Below are positions 19,746 to 20,000 of a stretch of DNA of 20,000 nucleotides, in pieces; position 1 is the first letter of the stretch; every line of letters begins with the position of its first letter. The DNA lies in the NCBI RefSeq assembly GCF_004010195.1, contig NC_057719.1, positions 82,216,153-82,236,152 of the forward strand, in the 5' to 3' direction. The position numbers were made by a program, and so were the translations under genes. This DNA comes from Chiloscyllium plagiosum. Taxonomy: Eukaryota. Under the pieces are notes generated by a model, which was not told the DNA's origin, did no database searches, and saw only the letters and a list, made by a program, of their open reading frames with translations.

Positions 19746-20000
19746 GCTGAAAATGTGTTGCTGGAAAAGCGCAGCAGGTCAGGCAGCATCCAAGGAACAG
19801 GATAATCGACGTTTCGGGCATAAACCCTTCTTCAGGGATGAGGAAAGTGTGTCCAGCAGGCTAAGATAAAAGGTAGGGAGGAGGGACTTGGGGGAGGGGC
19901 TTTGGAAATGCGATAGGTGGAAGGAGGTCAAGGTGAGGGTGATAGGCCGGAGTGGGGTGGGGGCGGAGAGGTCAGGAAGATGATTGCAGGTTAGGAGGGC
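19743..20000 (-). mobile_element. Penelope-like retroelement 3'/pLTR region, continuing beyond the window
   Basis: 19743-19836 is near-identical to 4993-5088 and continues into a G-rich (+) / C-rich (-) segment; carries the hammerhead motif typical of Penelope pLTRs. The ORF itself is not visible in the window. Confidence 0.75.
19808..19835 (-). ncRNA. Minimal hammerhead ribozyme motif (copy C)
   Basis: Minus strand CTGAAGA-A-GGGT-ttat-GCCC-GAAA-CGTC; helix II retained through a U-G pair. Confidence 0.65.

Noticed and set aside
1..20000. Prokaryotic-type systems (CRISPR array, operon, defence island)
   Set aside because: No regularly spaced repeats or dense ORFs; the sequence is spliced, retroposon-rich vertebrate DNA.

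Overview
Vertebrate genomic DNA, most likely a cartilaginous fish (shark), inferred from the repeat families recognised from memory. The only host gene visible is the 3' end of BAHD1 on the + strand: three spliced exons (5446-5525, 6736-6827, 8128-8314) encoding the C-terminal part of the BAH domain, followed by about 1 kb of transposon-free 3' UTR. The rest is layered retroposon sequence: CR1/HER1-type and L2 LINE fossils, a possible RTE fossil, three SINE superfamilies (V-SINE/HE1-like, DeuSINE, MetaSINE/SlmI-like) and three Penelope-like pieces. Each Penelope-like piece carries a minimal hammerhead-ribozyme motif on the - strand, and two are ~120-bp mini-insertions with perfect 15-16 bp target-site duplications. 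There is also a GC-rich ~690-bp element with a Rex1-like tail. Almost all supplied ORFs are spurious or transposon fragments. I found no provably new biological system; the best leads are the hammerhead-carrying mini-elements and the Rex1-tailed non-autonomous element. Repeat family names and boundaries are by eye and need a database check.
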